From an uncultured Candidatus Saccharibacteria bacterium (GTDB lineage: Bacteria > Patescibacteriota > Minisyncoccia > Phycocordibacterales > UBA2100), in contig CAZYLZ010000007.1 of assembly GCA_964648335.1 (NCBI GenBank), positions 1,034 through 65,033 of the forward strand: a stretch of 64,000 nt of DNA, in the 5' to 3' direction. Positions within the stretch are counted from its first letter, which is position 1. Every line of letters begins with the position of its first letter. Positions 44,833 through 54,528 of this stretch are shown here, piece after piece. The notes under the pieces are model-generated. The model had not been told where the DNA came from, did not search any database, and saw nothing but the letters and a program-made list of their open reading frames with translations. The translations under genes and the position numbers were made by a program.

Positions 44833-45249
44833 TCAGGCCGCAATAGCGGCGCGGGTACGTTCGTGCTCTCGCTCTTGCTCATGTCCTTGCAGGATCTTGA
44901 GCACGGCGGTCCGACCGCGACTGTCGTTGATCCACGATAGCTCGAGGCCGGTCTTGCGTACGGCGTATTCGTTGGCGCGGTCGTACGCGCGCACGGCGAC
45001 TGCCTTCACGGAAGCAGTGTCGGCCTGTACGATCGCCGCGGCAGCCATGATGAACGTGCCTTTGACACAGGCGCGGATCGCGCGCGGATCGAGCGGATCG
45101 CAGGCGTTCGAGAACGGCGAAGTCCGTGCGAGCGCGAAACGCGTGTGAGCGCGACTGTCGTGCAAGCGAAAGATCACCTGCGCCAGGATCCGGTCAGAGA
45201 CAGCCTCCGGGGTGATTTGGCGATTTTGTGCATTCGACATGGTATCCAT
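44833..45249 (-). CDS. Hypothetical protein (~138 aa)
   Basis: GGAGG 5 nt upstream of the ATG (MDTMS). Confidence 0.4.
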   Translation of the reverse strand: MDTMSNAQNRQITPEAVSDRILAQVIFRLHDSRAHTRFALARTSPFSNACDPLDPRAIRACVKGTFIMAAAAIVQADTASVKAVAVRAYDRANEYAVRKTGLELSWINDSRGRTAVLKILQGHEQEREHERTRAAIAA

Positions 45250-45384
45250 CCTTTCCTCCATACAGGGACCCGAAACGGGGTAGGTACGGGCCGAGAAGGA
45301 CTATAGTCTACGGTGGTCGTCAAGACAAGGGCTCATTCCGGTCAGCGGCTTTTGGGGCGCGCGCCATCATGCTACAGTCTTTCC

Positions 45385-46647
45385 ATGGAACCTCTTTCAG
45401 AAATTCTTAAGTCACGCGGACTCGCGTACCAGCACTCGAGCGCCACCTTAGAAGAGCTCACCGACGGAGCAAAGCGGACGGTCTATCTGGGTATCGACCC
45501 GTCCGCCGATTCTCTCCACATCGGCAATCTACAGGCAATGCTCGTATTGCGCCGCTTCCTCGAGGCCGGGCACAAGGTGATCCTTCTCATCGGTGGTGGC
45601 ACCGGCATGATCGGCGACCCCTCGGGTAAAAGCGAGGAGCGCAACCTTTTGGATACCGAGACTCTAGCTCGTAATACCGCAGCGCTCGGCGAGCAGGCGA
45701 AGAAGCTCTTTGGTGGTCTCGACTTCAAGCTCGTCAATAACGCCGACTGGCTCGGGCAGCTCGACATGATCTCGTTTCTGCGCGACGTCGGTAAACATTT
45801 TTCCGTAAATGCGATGCTCGCTCGTGACTCGGTAAAAAACCGCCTCGACAACGAGGAGCAAGGGATCTCGTACACCGAGTTCTCGTACATGCTCTTGCAG
45901 TCGTACGACTTTTATCACTTGTTCACGGAATTCGGATGCGACGTCCAAATCGGATCCTCGGACCAGTGGGGAAACATCGTGAGCGGTGTCGACTTCATTA
46001 GGCGCAAGACCGGCAAGACTGCATATGCCTTCACCTCGCCGTTGCTTATAAACAAAGCAACAGGCAAGAAGTTTGGCAAGAGCGAAGGAGGTGCGGTATG
46101 GCTCGATGCGGCAAAGACTTCGCCATATGCGTTCTACCAGTTCTGGCTCAATACCGACGACGCCGACGTCAACGAATTTATGCAAAAAATGACCATGATG
46201 CCGCTCGCTAAGATCGCCGAGGCGATGGAGGAGCACACAAAGAACCCCGGCAAGCGCATAGCCCAGAAGCTCTTGGCACGCGAGGTGACTGCTCTCGTGC
46301 ATGGCGTCGACCAGACAGACCTCGCCGAGTCGGTTTCTGCGATCATATTCGGCGAGACAGAGCTTTCCGACATCTCGGATGCAGAGAAACAGATGCTCGT
46401 ATCGGAAGCACCGCACACTGATGTTGCCGCGGATGAGACCTTGGTGGATGTTCTTATAAAAGCAGGGCTCGCAACCTCGAAGCGCGAGGCGCGCGAGTTC
46501 ATAGAGAACAAAGCAGTATCGGTATCGGGCGTCGTCATCACCGACGTCGCATACACGTTTGGCGAACGAGATTTCATAAACGGCTTGGCACTCTTAAAAC
46601 GCGGGAAACGAAACGTATCAGTACTCGTATATAAAGAATCAATCTAG
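45385..46647 (+). CDS. tyrS: Tyrosine--tRNA ligase
   Basis: GIDPSADSLHIGNL (HIGH), KFGKSEG (KMSKS), and a C-terminal S4 domain. Confidence 0.9.
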   Translation: MEPLSEILKSRGLAYQHSSATLEELTDGAKRTVYLGIDPSADSLHIGNLQAMLVLRRFLEAGHKVILLIGGGTGMIGDPSGKSEERNLLDTETLARNTAALGEQAKKLFGGLDFKLVNNADWLGQLDMISFLRDVGKHFSVNAMLARDSVKNRLDNEEQGISYTEFSYMLLQSYDFYHLFTEFGCDVQIGSSDQWGNIVSGVDFIRRKTGKTAYAFTSPLLINKATGKKFGKSEGGAVWLDAAKTSPYAFYQFWLNTDDADVNEFMQKMTMMPLAKIAEAMEEHTKNPGKRIAQKLLAREVTALVHGVDQTDLAESVSAIIFGETELSDISDAEKQMLVSEAPHTDVAADETLVDVLIKAGLATSKREAREFIENKAVSVSGVVITDVAYTFGERDFINGLALLKRGKRNVSVLVYKESI

Positions 46648-46734
46648 CAGACTTTGTAACGGTGTAATATAATTGCTTTATTAAATATATCGTGTTATAT
46701 TATAACAAGCTGAACCAATCGTCAGGAGAGCCAG

Positions 46735-47265
46735 ATGGGCAACCAACCTATTAGTAATCTCACGTCCAAGATTGCGTACGCGGTGCTTGAAGCTAACCGC
46801 AAAGCGCTCGAAGTGCAGCGTGAGCTGGCTGAAGCGAATCTTCGAGCCGTAACGGTGCTTACAGGTTCGGTCGGCGACACAAGGGAGAATTTCGAACAAC
46901 ACAGCAGGTATGAAATCCAACTTCGAGCCATGCTGGACCATGTCGCACCCGCACTGGACAAGGAAATTGAGACCGCTTTTGCAGCCTGGATTAAAGACGG
47001 AAAGCCAGACTTTCCGCGGGGGTACGTGATCACGTACCACGACGGACAGGGCAAAGAATCGAAAATTCACGGTCCACTGAGGGCAATCATCCAGCCACTT
47101 GCTGAGGATCCTCACTTTTACTTCCGATCTAATGCCCCATTTTTTGCGATTCTCAATCGATGGCTCTCTGATAGATATCACGGTACCATCGTGGTCGAAG
47201 ACCATGACGATAATCGTCGTGCTCTTTACGGCTTGGTAATCCGCTGGATCTGGCTTCCAGCATAA
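46735..47265 (+). CDS. Hypothetical protein (176 aa) in a lower-GC segment
   Basis: RBS CAGGAGAG upstream. AT-rich leader. Confidence 0.45.
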   Translation: MGNQPISNLTSKIAYAVLEANRKALEVQRELAEANLRAVTVLTGSVGDTRENFEQHSRYEIQLRAMLDHVAPALDKEIETAFAAWIKDGKPDFPRGYVITYHDGQGKESKIHGPLRAIIQPLAEDPHFYFRSNAPFFAILNRWLSDRYHGTIVVEDHDDNRRALYGLVIRWIWLPA

Positions 47266-47273
47266 TTTCTCTT

Positions 47274-47310
47274 CCACCACCTCACGTGCGGGGTGGTGGT
47301 TTCTTTTTAC
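47274..47310 (+). terminator. Hairpin ccaccacc-tcacgtgc-ggggtggtgg plus TTTCTTTTT
   Basis: Seen directly. Confidence 0.6.
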
Positions 47311-47365
47311 ATGTACGAACCTGCGGTATCATGTTTGGACTATCCGATAATATTTACGTGTTCGT

Positions 47366-47920
47366 ATGGATTCATCATCAACTAACGAAAAGATCGGTGT
47401 CGCCGCTGGTGTGCTCATCGTTGTAGCACTCGTAGGAGGCTCGTGGTACGCAGGCTTCTTCCCGTCGCAGTCAGTAAGCACCGCCACCGATGGTGTGGTA
47501 GCCGAGCAGGGCGCAGCCATGCAGGCGACCGTGCCAACAGATACTTCTACTAATCAACCTGCTGCTACAGCGCCAACACCAACTATGCAAAATGTCACCG
47601 AGCTTCAAGTTTCTGATGTAAAGGTAGGATCAGGAGCAGAAGTAAAGCAGGGAAGTAAAGCGTCGGTCCTCTATAAGGGCATGCTTACCGACGGAACGGT
47701 CTTCGACGCATCATCGCTCCATGGCAACACACCATTCGAGTTCGTCGTTGGTGCCGGTATGGTGATCAAGGGCTGGGACCAGGGTCTTGTGGGTATGAAG
47801 GTAGGCGGCCAGCGCCGACTCGTCATACCATCGACATTAGGATATGGGGAGCAGGGCATGGGACCGATCCCAGGAGGCGCGACACTCGTCTTCGAGGTCG
47901 AGCTCTTGGATGTTAAGTAA
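47366..47920 (+). CDS. FKBP-type peptidyl-prolyl cis-trans isomerase with an N-terminal membrane anchor
   Basis: VKVGSGAEVKQGSKASVLYKGMLTDGTVFDASS...FEFVVGAGMVIKGWDQGLVGMKVGGQRRLVIPSTLGYGEQG. Confidence 0.85.
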   Translation: MDSSSTNEKIGVAAGVLIVVALVGGSWYAGFFPSQSVSTATDGVVAEQGAAMQATVPTDTSTNQPAATAPTPTMQNVTELQVSDVKVGSGAEVKQGSKASVLYKGMLTDGTVFDASSLHGNTPFEFVVGAGMVIKGWDQGLVGMKVGGQRRLVIPSTLGYGEQGMGPIPGGATLVFEVELLDVK

Positions 47921-47942
47921 CATCAGGCTATCAAAAAGGAGC

Positions 47943-47968
47943 GGCCCGAAGCAGTGCTTCGGGCCGTT
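47943..47968 (+). terminator. Hairpin ggcccgaagc-agtg-cttcgggcc followed by a long T-rich tract
   Basis: 10-bp stem. A T-rich stretch runs from 47995 to 48040. Confidence 0.6.
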
Positions 47969-47991
47969 TCTGTATGGGGCGAGCGATCGCC

Positions 47992-48120
47992 TCATTTCTT
48001 TTTCTTCTTCTTTTTGTCCTTCTTCTTTTCTTTTTTTCGGCGCTTGCGTTCGACTGAGAGAGCACCGGTGCCGGTAGGATAGCACTGCGACCACAAGGGG
48101 AGGAACGACAGTTGGTGCAT
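47992..48120 (-). CDS. Candidate 42-aa micro-ORF with a poly-Lys tail (MHQLSFLPLWSQCYPTGTGALSVERKRRKKEKKKDKKKKKKK)
   Basis: AGGAGG 5 nt upstream of the ATG on the minus strand. The Lys tail is the reverse reading of the terminator T-tract. Confidence 0.2.
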   Translation of the reverse strand: MHQLSFLPLWSQCYPTGTGALSVERKRRKKEKKKDKKKKKKK

Positions 48121-48262
48121 GGGAACCTCCTGTTTCTGAACTGGCAGAAGTATACAAACATTGACAAATAATGCAAGTGTGATGGTGTATAAGTCGGATT
48201 TGCTTGCAAATGAGCCAAAAATGCTACACTTTGCCTATGGAAAGCCAGGCGAACACTTTCAA

Positions 48263-48295
48263 GCTAAGCAAACATTTCACTCCGGCCGGAGACCC
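48263..48295 (+). repeat. Imperfect direct repeat of the uvrB 5' coding segment (copy 1, upstream, out of frame)
   Basis: ctttcaagctaagcaaacatttcactccggccggaga compared with cttttaaacttagcaaacatttcactccggccggaga at 48359..48394. The core is 26 of 26 identical. Confidence 0.6.
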
Positions 48296-48343
48296 GTTCG
48301 TCGCGCATGGCGCTCCTCAGGACAAGTATCCGCAAGTTCATAT

Positions 48344-50392
48344 ATGAGTAACCCTTTTAAACTTAGCAAACATTTCACTCCGGCCGGAGATCAGCCCAAG
48401 GCGATAGCTGCTTTGTATAAAGGGCTGCAAGAGGGAAAGCGTCACCAGACGCTGTTAGGAGTTACTGGTTCTGGAAAGACATTTACCGGAGCCAACCTTA
48501 TCGCCATGACCGGCAAGCCGACATTGGTCATCGCACACAACAAAACACTCGCAGCGCAGTTGGCTGCAGAGTACCGCGAATTCTTTCCCGAGAACGCTGT
48601 TATGTACTTTGTCTCGTACTACGACTACTATCAGCCCGAGGCGTACATGCCAGTGTCGGACACCTATATCGAGAAGGAGGCGATGATCAACGAAGACATC
48701 GAGCGCTTGCGCCACTCGGCGACACAATCGCTCCTTACGCGCAAAGATGTAATCGTCGTTGCATCGGTTTCGTGCATCTATGGCCTCGGAAGCCCGACCG
48801 AATACGCCAAAGTAAATCTCAAGTTGTCAGTCGGTGACGCTGTGACACGCGCCGAGCTCGTGCGTTCCCTCATCGGCATTCAGTTTGCGCGCACTGCAGG
48901 CGAACTCACACCGGGCGAGTTTCGTGCGCATGGAAATGCTATCGAGGTGATGCCTGCCAACGAGCAAGCGGTGTACCAGGTAAAGTTTGGCCCTGCCGGC
49001 ATAGACAGCATCCACGAGCTCGATCCGATTACGCGCGGACTCGTCGGAAAGCACACGGACGTGTTCTTATTTCCAGCAAAGCACTATGTGACGCCGGTCG
49101 AGGTGCGCGACGCCGCAATCGCCGACATCGAAGCCGAGCTCGAGGTACAGCTCGCATACTTTGCGAGCCGTCCCGACAGGCTGCTCGAGGCCGAGCGGCT
49201 CAAGCGTCGCACGCGCCAAGACATCGCAATGATAAAAGAGTTCGGGTATGCCAACGGTATCGAGAACTACTCGCGTCACTTCGACCGTCGCGCGCCGGGT
49301 GAGCCGCCCTATACGCTCCTCAGCTATTTTCCACACAAAGCAGACGGTACCCCCGACTTCCTCACGATTATCGACGAGTCGCACGTGACCATCCCACAGA
49401 TCGGCGGCATGTATGCAGGGGACAAGGCGCGTAAAGAGACGCTTATCGAGCATGGCTTCCGCCTTCCGTCGGCATTAGATAATCGCCCGCTCAAGTTTGC
49501 CGAGTTCGAAAAGAATGTCGGGCAGACTATCTATACGTCGGCGACACCGGGTACTTACGAGCTCGAGAGAAGCGGCACACCTATTGAGCAGGTCATCCGG
49601 CCGACCGGGCTCATTGATCCCTCTATCGAGGTGCGTCGCGTCACAGGTGATGGCACGTATCGCGGACAAGTGCCCGACTTCATCGACGAGGCAGTCGCGA
49701 CGACTGCACGCGGCGCACGCACCCTCGTCACCGTACTCACCAAGAAGATGGCCGAAGACCTTGCAGAATTCTTGAAGGAAAAAAAGATCAATGCCCGGTA
49801 CCTTCACAGCGACATCAAGACCATCGAGCGCATCGAGATACTTACTGCGTTTCGACACGGCGAGTTCGATGTCCTTGTGGGCGTCAACCTCTTGCGCGAA
49901 GGACTCGACCTGCCCGAGGTGGAGCTCGTCGCTATACTCGATGCCGACAAAGAGGGCTTCTTGCGTTCCGAGACGTCGCTCATCCAGACGATGGGACGCG
50001 CTGCGCGCAACGTCGAAGGTCGCGTAATCCTGTATGCCGACCACATGACGGGCTCCTTGAATCGTGCGATGTCCGAGACCGATCGCCGTCGAGCAATGCA
50101 GATGGCATACAACACCGAACACGGCATCACTCCACAGAGCATCAAGAAGAAGATAAACGACATCGTGGGCGAGATCCAAAAGGCACGACAGAAGGCAGTC
50201 AAAGATCTGGTCGAACTCGATCTTTCGGCATTCGGCGGCGACAAGAAGAAGCTCATCAAGGAGAAGCGCCGGCAAATGCACGAGGCGGCCGACAATCTCG
50301 ACTTCGAGACGGCGACATTGTTGCGCGACGAGATAGTCCAGCTCGAGAAGGGGGTCAAGAAACGAGCGAGCGCGGCGAAGAAACGGAAGTAA
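48344..50392 (+). CDS. uvrB: Excinuclease ABC subunit B
   Basis: FKLSKHFTPAGDQPKAI, GVTGSGKTFT, the beta-hairpin and helicase motifs, a C-terminal UVR coiled coil and a basic tail. Confidence 0.92.
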   Translation: MSNPFKLSKHFTPAGDQPKAIAALYKGLQEGKRHQTLLGVTGSGKTFTGANLIAMTGKPTLVIAHNKTLAAQLAAEYREFFPENAVMYFVSYYDYYQPEAYMPVSDTYIEKEAMINEDIERLRHSATQSLLTRKDVIVVASVSCIYGLGSPTEYAKVNLKLSVGDAVTRAELVRSLIGIQFARTAGELTPGEFRAHGNAIEVMPANEQAVYQVKFGPAGIDSIHELDPITRGLVGKHTDVFLFPAKHYVTPVEVRDAAIADIEAELEVQLAYFASRPDRLLEAERLKRRTRQDIAMIKEFGYANGIENYSRHFDRRAPGEPPYTLLSYFPHKADGTPDFLTIIDESHVTIPQIGGMYAGDKARKETLIEHGFRLPSALDNRPLKFAEFEKNVGQTIYTSATPGTYELERSGTPIEQVIRPTGLIDPSIEVRRVTGDGTYRGQVPDFIDEAVATTARGARTLVTVLTKKMAEDLAEFLKEKKINARYLHSDIKTIERIEILTAFRHGEFDVLVGVNLLREGLDLPEVELVAILDADKEGFLRSETSLIQTMGRAARNVEGRVILYADHMTGSLNRAMSETDRRRAMQMAYNTEHGITPQSIKKKINDIVGEIQKARQKAVKDLVELDLSAFGGDKKKLIKEKRRQMHEAADNLDFETATLLRDEIVQLEKGVKKRASAAKKRK

Positions 50393-50478
50393 GGCCGAGA
50401 CTTGTATAGGATGAGAAACCGTCCCCAGGCACTGTCGGACGGTTTTCTTTTGCGCGAAGTTCGAGTACCCTTGGATGA

Positions 50479-51399
50479 ATGGAATTTCGCGAAAACGTCC
50501 CGTTGGCACCCATGACGACGTTCGAGATAGGAGGACCTGCTCGCTGGTACGCCGAGGTGTGCGATCTGGTACAGCTTAAAGAGGCGCTTTCCTTTGCACA
50601 GAAGAATAAACTCGAGATCTTTGTCATGGGAGGGGGGAGCAATGTGCTGGTGTCCGACGACGGCTTTCCGGGTCTCGTGATAAAGGTGGCAGGTACTGCA
50701 TCTGAAATCGACGGAACGCGCCTCGTTTCCGAGGGAGGAGCAAATCTCGAGACACTCATACGACAGACGGCGGCGCAAGGGCTCCAGGGTTGGGAAGAGC
50801 TTGCAGGTATTCCCGGTACCGTGGGCGGTGCAGTACGCGGGAACGCAGGAGCGTTCGGTGTCGAGATGAAGGACGTGATCGAATCGGTGACCGCATTCAA
50901 TCTTTCGACGCACAGCTCGGAAATCTTCGGAAACAAGGAATGCCAGTTCGCCTACCGGCATAGCTATTTCAAAGACAAGCCCGAACTTGTCATCATGAAG
51001 GTGACCCTACAGCTCAAACCCGGCGATGTTTCCGAGAGCAACTACCGCATAGATAACACCATCGAGGAGCGAAATCGCCGTCATCTGCAGAATGTACGCG
51101 CGGCGGGTTCGTTTTTCATGAATCCCGTCGCGCCTCGTTCGATCCAAGAGCAGTTCGAAGAAGAGAAAAAGATGGCGAGTAAGCAGGGCCGAGTCCCTGC
51201 AGGCTGGCTCATCGAAAAAGTGGGTCTGAAAGGCTTTATCTTTGGCGGCGCCCAGGCGAGCATCCAGCACCCTAACTATCTGGTAAACCTGCACGAGGCC
51301 ACGGCACGGGACGTTCTTATGCTCGCGGGCAAGGTGCGTGCGGCAGTACGCGACCGCTTTGGTATCACTCTGGAAGAAGAAGTGACTATTTTGGCATAG
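50479..51399 (+). CDS. murB: UDP-N-acetylenolpyruvoylglucosamine reductase
   Basis: The FAD-binding N-terminus PLAPMTTFEIGGPARWYAEV..FVMGGGSNVLVSDDGF and the C-terminal MurB domain (..PAGWLIEKVGLKGFIFGGAQAS..HPNYLVN). Confidence 0.88.
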   Translation: MEFRENVPLAPMTTFEIGGPARWYAEVCDLVQLKEALSFAQKNKLEIFVMGGGSNVLVSDDGFPGLVIKVAGTASEIDGTRLVSEGGANLETLIRQTAAQGLQGWEELAGIPGTVGGAVRGNAGAFGVEMKDVIESVTAFNLSTHSSEIFGNKECQFAYRHSYFKDKPELVIMKVTLQLKPGDVSESNYRIDNTIEERNRRHLQNVRAAGSFFMNPVAPRSIQEQFEEEKKMASKQGRVPAGWLIEKVGLKGFIFGGAQASIQHPNYLVNLHEATARDVLMLAGKVRAAVRDRFGITLEEEVTILA

Positions 51400-51405
51400 A
51401 TATCT

Positions 51406-51433
51406 TGCAAGTATAGAAATATAAGGTATAGTT
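51406..51433 (+). promoter_or_regulatory. Candidate sigma-70-type promoter TTGCAA-N16-TATAGT upstream of the uvrA leader
   Basis: Hexamers read directly from the sequence. No experimental support. Confidence 0.3.
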
Positions 51434-51783
51434 TATCTATCTTCGGTCAGTCGGAACACCTCGGGCAGGGCTCTGGCCTCGGTCAGATTCCCACCAGTAT
51501 CGTGCGTGCGTGATCACGAGCCGCTATCGGAGATGCCTACCAAAGTCGGAGATGGGCCCGCAGGGACGGTACAAAGCCCTCGGCAGATGTCTTCGCATCA
51601 CATGACTACGCACGCAAGCGTCTTTGCGATGTCATGTGTCAGTGGCGCGTCCACACCCAGTGCGGGGTGGGCGCGTCTTTCTTTTTATGGGCATTTGGCT
51701 CGCGTTCTAACATCCGGGACCCTGCTATGCTACACTGGCGCCATACAACCCCTAGCGGAAAGCTTGGGGCACACAGAGTTGTC

Positions 51784-54420
51784 ATGAAAGACGAAACCAA
51801 ACATATAGACGGAGATAAGATAGTCGTCAAGGGTGCGCGTACCCACAATCTTAAGGATGTAACAGTCGAGATGCCGCGAAACAAGATGGTGGTGTTTACC
51901 GGGCTGTCTGGCTCGGGCAAATCGTCGCTCGCGTTCGATACGATATTCGCCGAGGGGCAGCGCCGCTATGTAGAATCCTTGTCTTCGTACGCACGTCAAT
52001 TCTTGCGCCAGATGCAGAAGCCCGACGTCGATGAGATCCAGGGACTGAGCCCCGCTATTTCGATAGACCAGAAGAGCCGCTCTAACAATCCGCGATCGAC
52101 GGTCGCGACCATTACCGAGATCTACGACTACCTGCGCGTCCTCTACGCACGCGTAGGACACGCACACTGTGTCATCTGCGGACGCGAAGTACGCAAGCTG
52201 AGCAACGAAGAGATCATGTCGACAATCCTCGACATTGTCGACGCCGCCCGCAAGACCAGCAAGAAAGAGGTGATGGGCGTGCCGTATTCGTCTGCGGCAA
52301 TCAAGATATTGGCACCGGTGGTGGTAGGTCGCAAAGGCGAGTACTACCAGCTTTTGTACGACATGCTTGCAAAAGGATACGAGCGCGCATACATCGACGG
52401 CGCCGATATGTCCTTGCGCGAGCGCATAGAGCTATCACGCAACAAGAAGCACGACATCGACGCGGTGGTAGATACCATCTTCGTAAGCGAATTCGACACC
52501 GACCCGAAGGGAAGTCGCGAGCGACTGGCCGAGTCCATTGAGCGTGCGCTCCACGAGTCTGATGGTCTCGTGCGCATCCTCGCTCCTGACGGTACATCGC
52601 GCGTCGTGTCGGCAAAGTTTATGTGCGCCTACGACGGTTTCTCGTTTCCGGAAGTAGAGCCGCGCCTCTTCTCGTTCAACTCACCGTACGGCGCGTGCCC
52701 CACCTGTAACGGCTTGGGTACCAAGCACCTCTTTGGTGACGAGCCTTGCGACGACTGCAACGGCGCGCGCCTGCGCAAAGAAGCGCTCAATGTCTTCTTG
52801 GGCAGCAAGTTCGACGCCGACATGAAGCGAGTCGCGGGTACGGGCAAGAACATTGTCGAACTCACGTCGCTCTCCATAGAAGAGGCATGGACCTTTTTCG
52901 AGACTCTCAAGCTCTCTGCCAAAGAGAAAGAGATCTCGAAAGTAGTCAACAAAGAGATCACGAGCCGCCTCACCTTCATGCGCGACGTCGGCATCGGCTA
53001 TCTTACGCTCGATCGCCGCGCCAACACCCTTTCGGGTGGCGAGGCACAGCGCATACGGCTCGCCTCCCAGCTGGGCTCTGGTCTCGTGGGGGCTCTCTAC
53101 GTACTCGACGAGCCGACGATCGGCTTGCATCAAAAAGACAACGACCGTCTCATAAAAACACTTACGAACCTGCGCGACCTCGGCAATACCATTATCGTCG
53201 TCGAACACGACGAAGACACCATCTATGCGTCGGACTACATCATCGATATCGGCCCTGGTGCTGGAGTGCACGGTGGAAACATAGTTGCCGCTGGATGGCT
53301 CGACAAGCTTCTTACCGCCAAGACAAACCCTTCGAAGTCGCTAACGCTCTCGTACCTGCGCGACGAGACACGCATAGAGTTGCCCGAAAAGCGCCGCAAT
53401 GCCGACAAAGGCAAGATCAAGATCCGCGGCGGGAACATGTTTAACATCAAGGACCTCAATGTCGACGTGCCGCTCGGACGTCTCGTCACCGTGACCGGAC
53501 TTTCGGGTTCGGGTAAGTCGACCTTCTTGTACGACATGCTCCATCGCAATCTTCAGGCACGTTTCGACAAGCGGTACCGCACGGCAAAGGTATACAACGT
53601 CGGATCGTTCGAGGGTACCGAGTACCTCGGACGCTCGATACTCATCGATCAATCACCGATAGGGCGAACGCCGCGCTCGAACCCGGCAACGTACACCGGA
53701 TCCTTCAACCATATCCGCGACATGTTCGCGCTTACCGAGGAAGCACGCGCTCGCGGGTGGAAGGCAGGACGATTCTCATTTAACGTAAAAGGCGGACGAT
53801 GCGAGGCGTGTCAGGGCAACGGGCTTGTTGCCGTCGAGATGCACTTCTTGCCAACGGTGTACGTGACCTGTGATGTCTGCGGGGGCAAGCGGTTTATGAA
53901 AGAGACGCTCGAAGTAAAGTACAAGAAAAAGAATATCTACGAGGTCCTCAACATGACCGTCGAAGAAGCGCATGCATTTTTTAATGACATCCCCGCGATT
54001 GCCGATCGGCTCGAGTCGCTCCTCGAGGTGGGCCTGGGGTACCTCAAGCTCGGGCAGAGCGCGACGACGCTTTCTGGCGGAGAAGCACAGCGCGTCAAGA
54101 TCGCATCCGAGCTGTATCGCCCGCATATCACCAAAAGCATCTATCTTCTCGACGAGCCGACCGTCGGCTTGCATTACGAAGATGTGCGCAAGCTCATCGA
54201 GATCTTGCAGCGTCTCGTCGATCGGGGTAATACCGTGGTGGTCATAGAACACAATCTCGACCTCATAAAATGCGCCGACTATCTCATCGATATGGGTCCC
54301 GAAGGGGGAGTGAAGGGAGGCAAGGTGGTCGCCAAGGGTACGCCCGAAGAAGTGTCGCGTACCAAGGGTTCGTACACAGGAGAGTATCTGGCCCGTATGC
54401 TCAAAAAACACAGGAAATAA
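51784..54420 (+). CDS. uvrA: Excinuclease ABC subunit A
   Basis: Two ABC modules ([14 protein letters not shown] and [13 protein letters not shown]), signatures [12 protein letters not shown] and [12 protein letters not shown], and zinc-finger Cys clusters (CVICGRE, CPTCNG...CDDCNG, CEACQG..CDVCGG). Confidence 0.92.
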   Translation: MKDETKHIDGDKIVVKGARTHNLKDVTVEMPRNKMVVFTGLSGSGKSSLAFDTIFAEGQRRYVESLSSYARQFLRQMQKPDVDEIQGLSPAISIDQKSRSNNPRSTVATITEIYDYLRVLYARVGHAHCVICGREVRKLSNEEIMSTILDIVDAARKTSKKEVMGVPYSSAAIKILAPVVVGRKGEYYQLLYDMLAKGYERAYIDGADMSLRERIELSRNKKHDIDAVVDTIFVSEFDTDPKGSRERLAESIERALHESDGLVRILAPDGTSRVVSAKFMCAYDGFSFPEVEPRLFSFNSPYGACPTCNGLGTKHLFGDEPCDDCNGARLRKEALNVFLGSKFDADMKRVAGTGKNIVELTSLSIEEAWTFFETLKLSAKEKEISKVVNKEITSRLTFMRDVGIGYLTLDRRANTLSGGEAQRIRLASQLGSGLVGALYVLDEPTIGLHQKDNDRLIKTLTNLRDLGNTIIVVEHDEDTIYASDYIIDIGPGAGVHGGNIVAAGWLDKLLTAKTNPSKSLTLSYLRDETRIELPEKRRNADKGKIKIRGGNMFNIKDLNVDVPLGRLVTVTGLSGSGKSTFLYDMLHRNLQARFDKRYRTAKVYNVGSFEGTEYLGRSILIDQSPIGRTPRSNPATYTGSFNHIRDMFALTEEARARGWKAGRFSFNVKGGRCEACQGNGLVAVEMHFLPTVYVTCDVCGGKRFMKETLEVKYKKKNIYEVLNMTVEEAHAFFNDIPAIADRLESLLEVGLGYLKLGQSATTLSGGEAQRVKIASELYRPHITKSIYLLDEPTVGLHYEDVRKLIEILQRLVDRGNTVVVIEHNLDLIKCADYLIDMGPEGGVKGGKVVAKGTPEEVSRTKGSYTGEYLARMLKKHRK

Positions 54421-54528
54421 GGCACCGAATTGGCATCTCGGGGAAGGGTAAATAATTGACGAATCGCAAAAAAGATGTATAATTCCGCGGGTTTATTTGT
54501 ACGTTAACTCAAGCAGAAGGAGCTCGTA

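Noticed and set aside
47995-48040. 45-nt T-rich tract as a possible simple-sequence contingency locus
   Set aside because: It directly follows a GC hairpin and is best explained as the terminator T-tract of the FKBP gene. The micro-ORF on the opposite strand is reported separately at low confidence.
48130-48340. Searched the uvrB and uvrA upstream regions for LexA/SOS boxes (CTGT-N8-ACAG, CGAAC-N4-GTTCG)
   Set aside because: There is no convincing match by eye. CTGTTTCTGAACTGGCAG at ~48131 lacks the ACAG half-site. SOS regulation may use an unknown motif or be absent.
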